64,000 bases of DNA, from the NCBI GenBank assembly GCA_963850055.1, contig CAWKJS010000035.1:5226-69225 (forward strand), given 5' to 3'. The stretch is from an uncultured Nitrososphaeraceae archaeon (GTDB taxonomy: Archaea; Thermoproteota; Nitrososphaeria; Nitrososphaerales; Nitrososphaeraceae). This document shows positions 1-13,249 of the stretch, in pieces. The translations under genes were made by a program, and so were the position numbers. How positions within the stretch are numbered: the first letter of the stretch is position 1; each line of letters opens with the position of its first letter. A model generated the notes under the pieces. The model saw nothing but the letters and a program-made list of their open reading frames with translations, searched no databases and was not told the DNA's origin.

Positions 1-508
1 GGGTGCGTGCATCTATGATGGTAGTTTCAGGCTTGTTTTTCTCTTCATAAATGAATTGTGCATCAGCTCTCTCAGTTGCTTTAATATGCGCAACAAATCC
101 TCTGTTTGGTTTTGTCGCTGCATTCTTGGATTTAAAGTCTTTTGTAACGGGGTATCCACTTTCTAACCAGTCTTCAAAACCAATGTCTAGAATCTTTACA
201 TTTCTGTGACCAAAATAAATAAGTGTCCAAACAATTCTTGCGAGAGAAGGGTCTGGGTATTCACCATACACGATGACTACTTTGGTGTCATCAATACCCA
301 TGCTAGTAAATATTTGTTCAGCCACTTGGGGCGCAATTACCAAATGAGACCCATTTTCATCGTTTGATATCACCTTTTCCACACCCATTGGCAAAGCATT
401 TTTGATATGACTGAATCTAAAGGGCACAATTCCCCTGGAATCAATTATTATCATATTTTCATCGTCTAGATGTGAAGCCAGCCAACTGGCGTCTATTGTC
501 ATATTCAT
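1..508 (-). CDS. Sulfurtransferase (tandem rhodanese), 3' end outside window
   Basis: Manual translation from ATG at 508: MNMTIDASWLASHLDDENMIIIDSRG..HIKNA..GIDDTKVVIVYG..ARIVWTLIYFGHRNVKILDIGFEDW..TTIIDART; typical SseA/TST pattern; absent from ORF track. Confidence 0.85.
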   Translation of the reverse strand, partial: MNMTIDASWLASHLDDENMIIIDSRGIVPFRFSHIKNALPMGVEKVISNDENGSHLVIAPQVAEQIFTSMGIDDTKVVIVYGEYPDPSLARIVWTLIYFGHRNVKILDIGFEDWLESGYPVTKDFKSKNAATKPNRGFVAHIKATERADAQFIYEEKNKPETTIIDART

Positions 509-640
509 TTATAAAAAACCATGTATATTTGGTTAAACGTGTTATATTTCTTTAATGCTTAATTTCTAAAATCTTGATATACTTTTTATGAGCTATACAA
601 ATAGGTTTTATATACGTCCTTACTAATTTTTTGTATATCC

Positions 641-2923
641 ATGGCTTCAGGTAAATATGATGAAAAATCATTACCTCATCATGGTCTTCATCTGCATAAG
701 AATACGCAGTTATTATATGGAGCTGAAAATGCGGTAGGGAAAGGCGTAGAATTTATGAAAAATGTTAAACATAAGATGGATATTACATTTGATCATCGAG
801 CTCCTTCAATAGTAATTGAAATCCCACAATACTACAATGGTTACGGGGATATTCTAAAGAGGGGAGGAAAAATTAGATGCATAACCGAAATTACAAAAGA
901 AAATCTACAATATTGCGAGAAATTAGTGAAAACTGTTACTGAATTAAGACATATGGATGGTCTTAAAGGAGGAATTGCTATAAATGAAACTGAGTACATG
1001 GCTACTACAGTCCTTCAAGAAGCACAACCATTAACCGAAGTAATCTACAGCAACGTAGACGAAGTTGTTGCTCAGGGGCAATTTATTTTTGATACTTTAT
1101 GGAAAAATGCTACAGCTGCCCAAAAGAAGATCAAAGAATTAAAAGAAGGGATCAAATCTTTTGAAACAAAACTAATCACCGAATCTAGTGATTCTTTGAT
1201 AGAATCTGAGATTGGGCGAGTAGTACGGGATTCTTTTGAAATTAATGTTTGTACGTCTATTGATGGTTTAAGGATTAACAAGAATTATCTTATAGAATCC
1301 ATAACAAATGCATTAACAAATGAGCGGATAAATACTCATAAACGAATAAGAATTCTTGTTGAGATCACTAGAGACAATCTAGAGATAGTTAAAGAATTAC
1401 TAGATTTAGGTATACAAATTAGACACATCAAAGATATGTCTTCTATCGATTACACTGTCACTAATTCGGATCTTATTATAGCCGTTAAGAGAACAGAAAA
1501 AAACGATCCTAGCGATAGTATTCTGTACAGTAATGATCCCTCATATTTAGATCATTTCGTAAATGTATTTGAAGAGTTGTGGAAGAGTAGCAAGGATCCC
1601 GAAAGAGTCATAAAATCATTAGAAGAGGAGACTGAATTATCATTTATAGAAACCATCGAAGATCCTGAGGAGTCTGTGAAATTAGTTCGTAGTTTGATAT
1701 CATCCGCTAAATATGAAATCTTGGCTATACTTCCTAATTTTAACTCATTTTTAAGACAGGTCGAATCGGGAATGATGGAGTTTATGAAATATACCTCTCT
1801 ATCAAAAAAGAATGTAAATATCAGAATCCTTATCGTAGAGGAAACTGATAATGAAATGCAGCACAAGATTTTGACAATATTTGACAAATTCAATGAGAAG
1901 ATTCCTGGCAGTTTTAAATCTGATGAGATCCCATTGGAATTTCAATTCAAAGGTGTAGAGAATTTCAAACTAAAAATTCTAAACAGCAGGTTATTTACTG
2001 AGATAGGATTCTTAATTATTGATAAGAGTAGATCATTGATAATCGAATCAAAAAATATATCTTCGATTGATATGATTGAGTCCATTGGACTTTCATCCTA
2101 TTCAAATAGTCATAGGATTTCTAAATCATATGCGTCCATATTTGAAGCTCTTTGGAATCAAACTGAACTATACGATAAATTAAAACTACAAGACAGACTA
2201 CAAAAAGAATTTATTAATATTGCTGCACATGAACTTAGAAATCCGGTGCAATCATTGTTAGGATATTCTGATATCTTGATGAATACCACAGGAAATATCG
2301 AAAGCTATAGCAACTTTATAGTTACTATAAATCATAGCACAAAGAGGCTTGCACGGTTAATTGATAAAGTATTGGATGTTACCCAATTAGAAAATGAATT
2401 GTTGATACTAAATAAAGAAAATTTTAGTTTAGAGAAACTTGTTGTAGAAATTGTAAGAGAATACAATAATAATATACATCTCTTAAATAAGAATCAGTTA
2501 GAAATCAGGTACGATCCTGGACTAATTGATGGCAATAATCCTAATTCTGAAAGGAGGAGAAATTTTGGATATGTATTTGCGGATAGAACGCGAATTATTC
2601 AGGTTATCGTGAACATCTTAGAAAATGCAGTTGAATTTACAGATAAGGGGACAATCACTCTACGGTTAAATGAGAACAGGACAACCAGTGAGATTTTATT
2701 AACCATTAGTGATTCAGGGCGTGGGATAGATCCAGAAATTCTACCTAATCTATTCACCAAGTTCGTATCAAGATCACGCAAAGGAACCGGATTGGGTTTG
2801 TACATTTCTAAAAAAATAATCGAGGCACATGAGGGAAAGATATGGGCTGAAAATTGTTACGATGGAAATAACAAGATCGAAGGTTCAAAGTTTACACTGA
2901 CTTTACCATCAAAATGCAATTAA
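641..2923 (+). CDS. Cytoplasmic sensor histidine kinase with repeated N-terminal sensor domains
   Basis: H-box AAHELRNP, N-box NILENAVEF, DSGRG and GTGLGL boxes; no TM segments. Confidence 0.92.
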   Translation: MASGKYDEKSLPHHGLHLHKNTQLLYGAENAVGKGVEFMKNVKHKMDITFDHRAPSIVIEIPQYYNGYGDILKRGGKIRCITEITKENLQYCEKLVKTVTELRHMDGLKGGIAINETEYMATTVLQEAQPLTEVIYSNVDEVVAQGQFIFDTLWKNATAAQKKIKELKEGIKSFETKLITESSDSLIESEIGRVVRDSFEINVCTSIDGLRINKNYLIESITNALTNERINTHKRIRILVEITRDNLEIVKELLDLGIQIRHIKDMSSIDYTVTNSDLIIAVKRTEKNDPSDSILYSNDPSYLDHFVNVFEELWKSSKDPERVIKSLEEETELSFIETIEDPEESVKLVRSLISSAKYEILAILPNFNSFLRQVESGMMEFMKYTSLSKKNVNIRILIVEETDNEMQHKILTIFDKFNEKIPGSFKSDEIPLEFQFKGVENFKLKILNSRLFTEIGFLIIDKSRSLIIESKNISSIDMIESIGLSSYSNSHRISKSYASIFEALWNQTELYDKLKLQDRLQKEFINIAAHELRNPVQSLLGYSDILMNTTGNIESYSNFIVTINHSTKRLARLIDKVLDVTQLENELLILNKENFSLEKLVVEIVREYNNNIHLLNKNQLEIRYDPGLIDGNNPNSERRRNFGYVFADRTRIIQVIVNILENAVEFTDKGTITLRLNENRTTSEILLTISDSGRGIDPEILPNLFTKFVSRSRKGTGLGLYISKKIIEAHEGKIWAENCYDGNNKIEGSKFTLTLPSKCN

Positions 2924-3173
2924 GAACTTCATAATTGCATCACTATCAAGAAATTATGGTTAATTTACAAGAAAAAAATCTGTTCCTATCGAACTTTACT
3001 GAAGGCAAATCTTAAATTTTGCCAAGGAATCAAATGAATTAACACAAATTGTATGATGCTATTTTATTTATTATTATTTAAATAAATCTACTATAAGGTA
3101 AGAGAGTGGATTAAACTTTGGTTGGTATAGAGCAACAATACCTTAAATAAAATGAGATTTGTTCCACAATTGA

Positions 3174-4184
3174 CTAGATCAGATCATTCCTTAATACTAT
3201 ACGATATCTTGCTTTTCCTGCATCTAGATGTTCCAGGGCTTCATTAACTTTGGATAATGGATATTCCTCAACAAGTGGCCCAATCTGATGTCGTGCACAA
3301 AAATCGAGCATGCTCAAGATAACCGCAGGACCTCCCGTAGGAGATGCTCCTATTGATCTTTCATGAGAAATCAATGGAGACATCGTGGCTTTTACCTGGG
3401 GGACGGCTCCAACTATGTGTAATCTTCCTCCTGGGGCAAGAGTATTGATATAAGCATCCCAATCTATCTCGACATTTGCAGTCACAAGGATCATCTTAAA
3501 TTTATTTGCTAATGCGTTCAAATTATCCGTATTGTTTGAATTTATAAAATGATGAGCCCCCAATTTCCTTGCTTCTTTTTCTTTTTTAGGATTAGTAGAG
3601 AAAGATGTAACTTCACATCCCCATGCATTGAGAAAAAGGAGAGCCATATGGCCAAGCCCTCCTATTCCTACTACTGCGACATGATCTGTGGCCTTTATAC
3701 GATTTTGAACTATGGGGTTAAATACTGTGATACCGCCACAAAAGAGTGGACCCGCTGTTTTAAAGTCCATCTTATCTGGTAGTGGAAAAGCCCATAAGGC
3801 TTGACAGCGGACCTTGTTTCCAAATCCACCATGTCTACCCACAATTACATCTTCTCCTGTTAAACATCGGTTATGATAACCACTCAAACATTGTTCACAT
3901 GTCTGACATGAACGAGATCTCCATCCAACTCCAACTCGTTGACCTGTTTTTAGATGAGTTACCATTTTTCCAACGGCTGAAATTTTTCCAACGATTTCAT
4001 GTCCTGGGACTAAAGGATATTTTGTTATATTCCATTCATTCTTGAGCATGTGTAAATCGCTCCTACATATTCCACAATACTCAATATCTATGTCGACTTC
4101 ATCAGGTTTGAGTGGTCCTAGCTCATATTCAAAAGGCTTTAATTTTGATCCCGGTTTAGTTGCAGCAAAGGCATGGACTTTCAT
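3174..4184 (-). CDS. Zn-dependent NAD(P)H alcohol dehydrogenase / aldehyde reductase (CAD/Ahr-like)
   Basis: CGICRSD, GHEIVG, structural Zn CxxCxxC, GIGGLGH. Confidence 0.92.
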   Translation of the reverse strand: MKVHAFAATKPGSKLKPFEYELGPLKPDEVDIDIEYCGICRSDLHMLKNEWNITKYPLVPGHEIVGKISAVGKMVTHLKTGQRVGVGWRSRSCQTCEQCLSGYHNRCLTGEDVIVGRHGGFGNKVRCQALWAFPLPDKMDFKTAGPLFCGGITVFNPIVQNRIKATDHVAVVGIGGLGHMALLFLNAWGCEVTSFSTNPKKEKEARKLGAHHFINSNNTDNLNALANKFKMILVTANVEIDWDAYINTLAPGGRLHIVGAVPQVKATMSPLISHERSIGASPTGGPAVILSMLDFCARHQIGPLVEEYPLSKVNEALEHLDAGKARYRIVLRNDLI

Positions 4185-4422
4185 GATACTAGTTCGTATA
4201 TATTGTATAAATAAATAATCATTTGTCTATTTGAAACCCGCCTTATATCATTAAGAAAACAAAATTTAGAAATTGCTTGGTATGATAGTAGATGCAAGTC
4301 TAAATAGCGACCTCACGTCCTATACCCTATCTTAATAATGGTGTAAGTCTAAAATTTGATAATTCATTGAAATCTTAAAGTCTATAGTGAAAAATAAAGG
4401 TGATATTATTATATACTTAGAT

Positions 4423-5052
4423 ATGTTATCTATAACGGATAAAAAAATTTCTAGTATGAAGACTGTAGGAATTTTGATATTTAACGACGTGGAAGTTTTG
4501 GATGTTGCTGGTCCATTTGAAGTTTTTTCGATGACGCGTCTTGATGAAAACAAAAGATATGAAACCACATCACCATTTCGAGTTGTGCTGTTATCTGAAA
4601 CAAAAACACCTGTTATTGCAATCGGAGGATTAAAGCTACTTCCCGATTTTACTTTTGATGATTGTCCAAATTTAGATTTATTCATCATACCAGGCGGATG
4701 GGGCACACGTAGAGAGGTAAACAACCTTGTCTTGCTCCAAAAGATATCAAAACTATCTACAAAATCCACTTTGACCGCATCAGTATGTACGGGTTCGAGT
4801 CTAATTGGAAAGGCGGGACTTTTGGATGGAAAAAAAGCTACTACTCATTGGAGAACATTTAATTTTCTACATGACTCTGCACCCAAAGCACAAATACAAA
4901 AAGATGTGATTTTTACAGTCGATGGAACTATATTTACTTCTGCAGGAGTTGCTTCAGGCATAAGGTTATCTTTATACCTTGTAAGTCATTTTTTTGGGAC
5001 ACAGGTTGGCAAAGAGACTGCGCGGTTCCTTGAATTTCCATATTCAGAGTAG
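4423..5052 (+). CDS. DJ-1/PfpI family protein
   Basis: EVLDVAGPFEVF, IPGG, SVCTG, ATTHW, TSAGV; start could be 4387, 4423 or 4456. Confidence 0.88.
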   Translation: MLSITDKKISSMKTVGILIFNDVEVLDVAGPFEVFSMTRLDENKRYETTSPFRVVLLSETKTPVIAIGGLKLLPDFTFDDCPNLDLFIIPGGWGTRREVNNLVLLQKISKLSTKSTLTASVCTGSSLIGKAGLLDGKKATTHWRTFNFLHDSAPKAQIQKDVIFTVDGTIFTSAGVASGIRLSLYLVSHFFGTQVGKETARFLEFPYSE

Positions 5053-5311
5053 TCTAGAGAGGAAAGAGTATTTAACAAATATTCTAAAGGAACATCACCG
5101 AGGGGGTTCTAGATTTTCTAGGGAGGAACATCATATAATCATGATCAATTTTTCAACAATCCCAAGCCGTTTTGTTATTTTAAGCCAATCGAATGATTTT
5201 CATTTAACTATAAAGTTCTGGAATTTCTAACACTGTATCTTATCTACATTTTCTTAGGGGTGAAGCAAAGGAACAAAAAAATATCATAATTAAATAGCAA
5301 ATCATCCAAAT

Positions 5312-6220
5312 ATGAATAGGAAAATGGAGAGTTCTTGGAGAAAAAGGGATACTGGTATAACAATTAGAATAATTATTTGCTTAAGTATATTGGCCTTTTT
5401 ATACATTGTTTTTATCACGGTTTTGGCTTATTTTGGCCTGGGCTTTTTTCCTATAGTAATAATTTCAGCAGTTTTTATTTTGGGCCAGTGGTTTTTTTCA
5501 GATAGAATAGTTCTATGGAGTACTGGAGCAAAAATAGTTACCAAGGAACAATATGGAAGTCTGCATTCAATGGTGGAAAATATAGTGTCTAACAATAATT
5601 TGCCCAAGCCCAAGATTGCTGTGGTAAACAACCGAATTCCTAATGCGTTTGCCACTGGCAAAGGCCATCGCAGTTCTGTTGTTGCTGTTACTACAGGATT
5701 GTTAGAAATATTAGATCAAGATGAATTAGAGGGAGTTTTAGCTCACGAATTAACACACATAAAAAATCGGGATGTAATGGTAATAACACTCGCTAGTTTG
5801 TTTTCAACCATAGCATGGCAAATGATGCAATTCGGATTTTTTGGAGGAATTTATGGTGCAGGAAGGGATCGAAATAATGGAAGCTCTATCATAATCATAA
5901 TTGTTGTTTCATTAGTAACTTGGATAGTAAGTTTTCTAATAATTAGGGCCATCTCGCGTTATAGGGAATATTCTGCAGATAGGGGTGCAGCTCAAATGAC
6001 CAGAAAGCCTGTCAGCTTGGCTAACGCATTATTGAAAATTAGTGGAACTATGCATAAAGTGCCACCAAAGGAATTAAAACACATAGAGGGCTACAATGCG
6101 TTTTTCATAATCCCTGCAATTTCAGGTGACACTCTTACGCAACTTTTTTCAACTCACCCACCAATCGAAAAGAGAGTTCAGAAATTGTTAGACATGGAGT
6201 CATCCATGCGTCGATATTAA
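5312..6220 (+). CDS. htpX: Zinc metalloprotease HtpX (M48)
   Basis: PNAFATG, HELTH, SRYREYSAD, FSTHPP; TM helices. Confidence 0.93.
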   Translation: MNRKMESSWRKRDTGITIRIIICLSILAFLYIVFITVLAYFGLGFFPIVIISAVFILGQWFFSDRIVLWSTGAKIVTKEQYGSLHSMVENIVSNNNLPKPKIAVVNNRIPNAFATGKGHRSSVVAVTTGLLEILDQDELEGVLAHELTHIKNRDVMVITLASLFSTIAWQMMQFGFFGGIYGAGRDRNNGSSIIIIIVVSLVTWIVSFLIIRAISRYREYSADRGAAQMTRKPVSLANALLKISGTMHKVPPKELKHIEGYNAFFIIPAISGDTLTQLFSTHPPIEKRVQKLLDMESSMRRY

Positions 6221-6439
6221 TGCTCTTCAGAGGAAGGCATCAAACTTAAGATGAATTCCAATTTGTATTAGTCTTCAATATATTCATTTGACTATGTAAT
6301 AGTCATGGGAACTGAACTGGGATGACTATATTATATATCTTGTTGCCCTTAACTTCCAACCTAGATTAGGGTTATTCGGTCAAACGAATTTAGTATTACA
6401 AATAAGCACGAAGTATATCTTTTTCTAAATACTGAGGAC

Positions 6440-8671
<2,232 letters not shown>

Positions 8672-9497
8672 TCATACTAATCTGCTATATGATTTAAACT
8701 AGTATTAATAGTGAATTATTTTTGATATACAAACAATATTAATCGTACGTAATAACAAATGTGTCAGGGTTTAAAGGGATATGTTAAACAATCAGATCCG
8801 TAGCTAAGGAATTTTTTAATAGATTAGCCTATGTTTTCTTTCCATGGCTTGGAACACCATTACGTATAAAGTTTATGCAATATCACGGATTGAGCTGGCT
8901 TTTTACTGAAAGTAAATTGCATAGAATAGATGAACGATATAAGCAGTTTCTATTTACTTGATTTACATGTTTCAAACTGCTTTATTCTATCTCTATGATT
9001 TATACATATGGCGAAAGGCTATTTAACTCATGATTTAAATAGTACTTGTTTACAGGGCCTCAAAAATTATATTACACCACATAAACTAACGGTGCTTGTT
9101 TAGGATGATCTTTGGCTACCACTGTGTTTTATTGTCAGTATAAGGAATTCTTCGCTTTTCTGGTTGCTTACTGCGATGTAAGAAACATCTGTGTAGCATG
9201 ATATACGACGAGCTAATGACTTTCGTGCTAGGATCATCATTCTTTGGAGGATAGACTCCTTAAATAAATCTGATGAAGGTTGGCTGACTAATCATGTATG
9301 CACGAACAGACAAATAACAAATAATTCAACATTTCTAGGAGAACATGATTTAGATAGAGCAGTATTAGGATGGATACACAATCGGTTTACATCGAGTGAG
9401 TATCTGTATGTTTACATAACTGTTAACTTAAATAAAATCTCATAGCCAAATATGCCCTATCTCTCTTGTTGTGCATGCTAAAAGGAATGGAACACCT

Positions 9498-9850
9498 TCA
9501 GGGTACATTGACTATGGTCTGTACTTGTACTTTTCAGGATTATCTTGTAAGAACAATTTCTCGCAGTAACTATATCTAAAGAAAGAATTATGCCCATTAC
9601 AGAAAGGTTTACTCTGTCCTTAACAAATAGGCATAGAAAACATCCGGTCTCGCCAGAAGTCGGTGCCTGATATCCATACGCTTTAAGTTCTTGAACATTG
9701 ATTACAACATTCATTCCTCTTAGAAGAAAAGCCTGATTGAGGTGATGATGCTGGGCATACAGGACGAACCGGAAGGATTCGACGATAATTTTCATTGTAC
9801 AGTAAAGACTGTAAACCAAAGCATGTACAAAACCGGTTCAATCAATCTGC
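9498..9850 (+). pseudogene. Decayed IS6-like DDE transposase fragment
   Basis: Piecewise translation EQFLAVTISKERIMPITERF..KHPVSPEVGA*YPYA / FKFLNIDYNIHSS*KKSLIEVMMLGIQDEPEGFDDNFHC / KDCKPKHVQNRFN resembles, from recall, Nitrososphaerales IS6-type transposases (ISKERNM..HPVSTDGGTWYP..EKSLIER..FDDYFPC); internal stops and frameshifts. Confidence 0.7.
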
Positions 9851-9943
9851 ACTATCAAAACAACAGGGGAATGTAGCATTAGGATAAGTTGCCACAGTGA
9901 GTATAAAAAAGAATAAGTAACAGCTGACTTTAGGTAACATGTA

Positions 9944-10528
9944 TTGTCAAAAAAAATCGTAATAATCCCATTATTCTTGTTTTTTATTTCTTTTCTTTTC
10001 ATTATTCCGGTAGTCTTGGGACAAACAAATGTAACAAAAACTACATTTCAAGATCCGCATACAGGAATTACTTTTCATTATCCATCGGATTGGAAGGTAA
10101 CTACTAAAGAGTATGTTGATGCAATACTAGGAGATAAGGATGACATAGATAGTGGGCTGAATAAAGATCCTAAACTTGTTGAACCTATAGTTTTGTTACT
10201 GCCAGAATCTCTGGATGGATCTTCATTCTTAATATTGTCTGAATTACTTCCTTTTCCTGTGCCCATTGAAAAATATACCGAATTAACGAGGAATTCATTA
10301 CTAACGGATCCTACAATCACATTGTCAAATAATCTTCCTATTTCAATCGGTAATATGAGCGGGTTAACATATAATGTTACATCCACAAGCGATCCGTACT
10401 CACAAACACAAATTTTATTTGTTAATGATTCAAATGCGTTTCTAGTGGGCTATACAGCTGGGGAAATACAAAAATCGCAAAACATCATGGATATTAATTC
10501 TATGATTGATTCCTTAAAAATTGATTAA
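9944..10528 (+). CDS. Exported PsbP-like hypothetical protein
   Basis: Signal peptide then FQDPHTGITFHYPSDW, the PsbP-like N-terminal pattern. Confidence 0.65.
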   Translation: MSKKIVIIPLFLFFISFLFIIPVVLGQTNVTKTTFQDPHTGITFHYPSDWKVTTKEYVDAILGDKDDIDSGLNKDPKLVEPIVLLLPESLDGSSFLILSELLPFPVPIEKYTELTRNSLLTDPTITLSNNLPISIGNMSGLTYNVTSTSDPYSQTQILFVNDSNAFLVGYTAGEIQKSQNIMDINSMIDSLKID

Positions 10529-10718
10529 CAATGTCTGTTATACTTCTTTTGTTTAACTTAGGAAATTATTTATAGAGAATTGATTCAGGTTACATAATTG
10601 CTCCCCTCGCTTACAATCCCATATCATAGTGTTCCAGCATTTCAAAGATATTCAGACAAGAATCCTTTTGTGTCGCTGTATGACTTGTTTCATCGTTGAT
10701 AATTTCTGAAATATAAAC

Positions 10719-10964
10719 ATGCAAAAAATCTTGATCCTGGCTGATGATCCGATAAGGACTAAATTAGAAGAAAAATTAAGGCGTCGGTTTGATGTGGAAT
10801 CTGTTCCACCTCCTTTAAGTGACATATGTGAAATCAAAATACGCCTTCGTGGAAACTGGATCACACTCTGTAGGTTTTCACCACATGAAAACTTTCGCGA
10901 TATAATAACGATGTTTAACGTTAGTTATGATTTAAAATCTCGAACAACAAAATCGGTGTCGTAG
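10719..10964 (+). CDS. Small hypothetical protein
   Basis: 81 aa ATG ORF, protein-like composition. Confidence 0.6.
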   Translation: MQKILILADDPIRTKLEEKLRRRFDVESVPPPLSDICEIKIRLRGNWITLCRFSPHENFRDIITMFNVSYDLKSRTTKSVS

Positions 10965-11184
10965 AAATAAAGACGACTCTTGTTATTTTTCATTATATTT
11001 CTTTCTTATATTTGACGTTTTTGTCTTATCCTTTTATTCCTTTTATTTACCTAATACAATAGAGTCGTAGCGGCTAATAGATAATCAAAATAAAAGGGAA
11101 TTGAAAAAACTAGGAAGTACTTAACTTGAGACTCTATGATATATTGGTAATAAATAAAGCACAAAAATATGTTTGCGCCTCTAG

Positions 11185-11418
11185 TTATATGTCTTCATCA
11201 TCGATCCTAATAATCTTACAATATTTACAATAGTATTCATTCTTTTTTATCATATCCATTTTTCTATTGCACCGGTTACATCTTGACATTTGTTCTTTTA
11301 TAATACGATGCTGAATCCTTTTCAAGACAAAGGGGATGATAATACCAATCATTATGTATCCTACGACGCGTGATAATACGCCCCTTCTATGCCTACCAGA
11401 GTTTCCGTATTTTGCCAT
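11185..11418 (-). CDS. Small membrane-anchored zinc-ribbon protein
   Basis: One hydrophobic helix followed by CNRC..CKYC. Confidence 0.6.
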   Translation of the reverse strand: MAKYGNSGRHRRGVLSRVVGYIMIGIIIPFVLKRIQHRIIKEQMSRCNRCNRKMDMIKKNEYYCKYCKIIRIDDEDI

Positions 11419-12221
11419 AGTTCAATTTCATGTATATATGAGTGATTGGTATTGAATAATCTTTTGTTTGAGATAAGAGATTAAAAATCAAATCAAATAT
11501 TATGTGAACTTGATTAATACTGCCTCCTATTCAATCCATAATGCAATCTTATTAATGACACTTGTATTTACAGCCAAAATTATAGAATATCTGTTCTAAA
11601 TTATTAATAATAAAATGAAGATTAAATAGTCTTTCGTAAAGAAATATGATAATAAACTTGCTTAAAGCGGGTTCGAGTATGATCATGATTATCGTAATTT
11701 GTTCTTTTGTGAGGATTTAATATAATGGTCTATATCTGTTTCTAATACTGTAGTATCCCACTGCTTGTAATAAATAATTAAGACCAAGAATATTGAATTT
11801 GTCTGGTTACGAAAGAAACTAGACATGATGAGTCTCAAATGGCGAATCCCAAGACAAAGGTCGCTTATGAAGGATTTACTAGGTTTGAAATAATACTTCA
11901 CTTTCATCCTATAAAAAAATTCTATCTCAATCTCTTGATTCTCTGGTAGGCCTTTCTAATAGTTTAGTGTCTTCGGTCAATAATGATATGGATTGTTATC
12001 AAAAGAATCAGATAAATTATTAATACCTTGCTATAGGAAAGCGCATATCACGATCGATATTTGTTTACTATCTTCATGATTACAACTATACCGATTCTAT
12101 TTCAATGCTCATTTCTATTTGTAATTCTTATCAAACCTATTGATAATAGTGACTAGAACCTGTAAAAACAATCAAGTATGTATATATAAAATTGAAAAGA
12201 TATATTATATAGAAAAACTGG

Positions 12222-12869
12222 TTGGATAGTGTTAATTATTACAAGGTTCTTGAGATATCACGATATGCCAATCAGCAGGAGATAAAAAGTGCATTTAGAC
12301 GACTTGCAAGGAGATATCATCCCGATAGGAATTCAACTGTTTCTGATGATATCATGAAGAATATTAATATCGCATTTGAAATTCTATCCGATCCGGGAAA
12401 AAGGCAACAATACGATGAAACTCTTGGTGAAGAGCATCCAAGAAAATTAGACCAATCTGATCAAAATCGTGAAGGTGATTCAACTTCTAACCAAATTAAT
12501 TGGGGAGTAAATATTATCTCAGATGACTTGGGCAGTCATACTGCAAGTTATGATAATGAAGTCGACGTAAATTTTGAAAGTAGATTAAATGCTGAACATG
12601 AGACTACATCGTTAGGAAAGGATAATTCTTTATTAGAAAGTCGATACCATATAATTGTCGAGCCATCACTCTGCTTAGCTTTCGGAAGTTGTGAAACGCT
12701 TGCTCCAAAGGTTTTTGTAGTTGAGAAGAATAGACGAATAAATCCAAAAGCGATAGTAATTTCAGAAACAGCTGAAGATTTTGAAACTATACTTGATGCA
12801 GCCAAAACTTGTCCTACTAAGGCAATTATTATCATTGACAGGTACACAGGACAACGCATTTTTCCATAA
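12222..12869 (+). CDS. DnaJ-domain / ferredoxin fusion (DnaJ-Fer)
   Basis: J-domain with HPD; C-terminal CLAFGSC..CPTKAI ferredoxin motif. Confidence 0.88.
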   Translation: MDSVNYYKVLEISRYANQQEIKSAFRRLARRYHPDRNSTVSDDIMKNINIAFEILSDPGKRQQYDETLGEEHPRKLDQSDQNREGDSTSNQINWGVNIISDDLGSHTASYDNEVDVNFESRLNAEHETTSLGKDNSLLESRYHIIVEPSLCLAFGSCETLAPKVFVVEKNRRINPKAIVISETAEDFETILDAAKTCPTKAIIIIDRYTGQRIFP

Positions 12870-13249
12870 GTTCGACTAAATGAATCTCTAGTTGCCCTAA
12901 ATTACCTTTCTTTTGTCAGTGGACCAGTCAGTGGAAATAACAATCTGTTCCAGCGAAATCTAATTTATATAAGATGATTAATTTTCAGACGGAGCCACTA
13001 CCGGTGGTGGGGTAGTGATTCCATATTGTTGTCATTATCCATATGATAATTTTTCCATGACCACTATTGGATCTTGGTTTTCTTGTAGGTCCTTTACTTT
13101 ACCTTTGATTGATCTTCAAGTTAATTAATACTATTGTTATTATACTTCTAATAATCAGTGTAACTAAACTTGTTCTATCTCCTACAGCAACTAAACTTGA
13201 CAAAATTATTTATCCTATAAAGTATTATGGTTGTTGAGGGAAAAGTTTT

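Noticed and set aside
9478-9819. 113-aa minus-strand ORF
   Set aside because: Antisense to the transposase remnant; no protein-like features
11689-11907. 72-aa ORF in a gene-poor stretch
   Set aside because: No motif or supporting context
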